Below, piece by piece: positions 6,239 to 6,681 of a stretch of 6,681 nucleotides of DNA. The DNA comes from an archaeon (GTDB lineage Archaea > Iainarchaeota > Iainarchaeia > Iainarchaeales > CSSED10-239). The stretch lies in the NCBI GenBank assembly GCA_035387745.1, contig DAOOON010000035.1, forward strand, positions 1 to 6,681. The letters run 5' to 3'. A model generated the notes under the pieces. That model searched no databases. It was not told where the DNA came from and saw nothing but the letters and a program-made list of their open reading frames with translations. The translations under genes were made by a program, and so were the position numbers. Positions within the stretch are counted from its first letter, which is position 1, and each line of letters begins with the position of its first letter.

Positions 6239-6644
6239 TTATTTTAAATCAGCATCTTCAATGAAACAAAATGTTTCTATAGAGCTGGATAAAAATGGCA
6301 ACCAGATAGGAAGAACTTTCTTTAATGTGACTAAAGAGACTGCTTTAGCCGCGATTGAAATGCGTGGTAAAAATACAGACATAAGTTTTATGAATTTTTT
6401 ATTAAAACAAATTGATCTTAAGTATGAAGAAATTAATCTCCGGTTTACTCAGAAATATTACGGGTTATTTAAAAAAGCAAAACTAAAAAAAGATAGAGAT
6501 AGAATTCTAGATCAATGTAATTATGAAATAAATTCTAGATTACAAAGGTATTTTATAGATGTTCTTAAAATACGTTTTAAATTTCAGGCCATGCCAGGAT
6601 ATAGATATAATAACGAATTAATGAGATTTGAAAAAATAAAATAA
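6225..6644 (+). CDS. C-terminal fragment of the JAB/MPN-like paralog B (+1 frame relative to 5852-6238). With the upstream ORF it probably forms a frameshifted gene or pseudogene.
   Basis: IYNYFKS..VSIELDKNGNQIGRTFF matches FFEHFKY..AISNIDRKTGEISGAIGVLF of paralog A. The C-terminus LKIRFKFQAMPGYRYNNELMRFEKIK matches LKIRFVPNTTKGYRFNKERMAFERI. There is no SD before ATG 6225, and it overlaps the upstream ORF by 14 nt. Confidence 0.5.
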   Translation: MAIYNYFKSASSMKQNVSIELDKNGNQIGRTFFNVTKETALAAIEMRGKNTDISFMNFLLKQIDLKYEEINLRFTQKYYGLFKKAKLKKDRDRILDQCNYEINSRLQRYFIDVLKIRFKFQAMPGYRYNNELMRFEKIK

Positions 6645-6654
6645 GAAATACCAA

Positions 6655-6672
6655 AGAAAACAACAGTTTTCT
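6655..6672 (+). terminator. Small hairpin with a T-run downstream of the last ORF (candidate terminator)
   Basis: AGAAAAC-aaca-GTTTTCT forms a 7-bp stem with a 4-nt loop, and its 3' arm contains a T4 run. It lies 10 nt after the TAA at 6642-6644. It is short, AT-rich and close to the window edge. Confidence 0.25.
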
Positions 6673-6681
6673 GGGCTCAGA

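Noticed and set aside
2600-6644. Possibility that the inverted paralogs are terminal inverted repeats of a mobile element or an invertible DNA segment.
   Set aside because: The similarity is visible only at the protein level and the DNA of the matching regions is diverged. No transposase, integrase or recombinase gene is present, and no flanking direct repeats were seen.
6673-6681. GGGCTCAGA at the right edge, considered as the possible 5' end of a tRNA gene.
   Set aside because: Only 9 nt are visible, and position 8 is G rather than the near-universal U8. No D-arm can be assessed, so it is unsupportable from this window.
1-6681. CRISPR arrays, tandem repeats, rRNA or tRNA genes, or an alternative genetic code.
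   Set aside because: No periodic repeats or structured RNA signatures were found on either strand. All ORFs close with standard TAA or TGA stops and have no in-frame stops apart from the single frameshift at about 6225-6238. The standard code therefore explains the window.

Overview
This is an AT-rich (roughly 30% GC by eye), tightly packed window. It looks archaeal, probably a small-genome uncultured lineage such as DPANN; that taxon call is inference only. The support is an archaeal-type FEN-1 with a C-terminal PIP box, an archaeal/eukaryotic-type S2P-PDZ protease, Memo/AMMECR1 domains, TATA-like AT boxes and GGAGG-type Shine-Dalgarno sites.

Gene order:
- A small protein-kinase-like ORF (11-721, +).
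- A HIT-family hydrolase (736-1191, +).
- A Memo-AMMECR1 fusion protein (1184/1268-2593, +).
- An uncharacterised protein with a JAB/MPN (JAMM)-like E...HxH...SxxD motif (2600-3307, -), converging on the fusion gene.
- An M50 site-2 protease with a PDZ insert (3321-4706, -).
- A 101-nt AT-rich divergent promoter region (4707-4807).
- Flap endonuclease FEN-1 (4808-5848, +).
- A second, frameshifted copy of the JAB-like protein, split into two ORFs (5852-6238 and 6225-6644, +).

No rRNA, tRNA, CRISPR array, transposase or long DNA repeat is visible.

The most interesting signal is the pair of diverged paralogs of this unnamed JAB-like family. Each is the distal gene of one arm of a divergent S2P / FEN-1 unit, and one copy is interrupted right after its metal-binding motif. 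Second is the Memo-AMMECR1 fusion (AmmeMemoRadiSam-type components A and B in one chain). It has no radical-SAM partner in view and sits next to HIT and kinase-like genes.

All functional calls rest on motifs read by eye from the translations. No database search was run.
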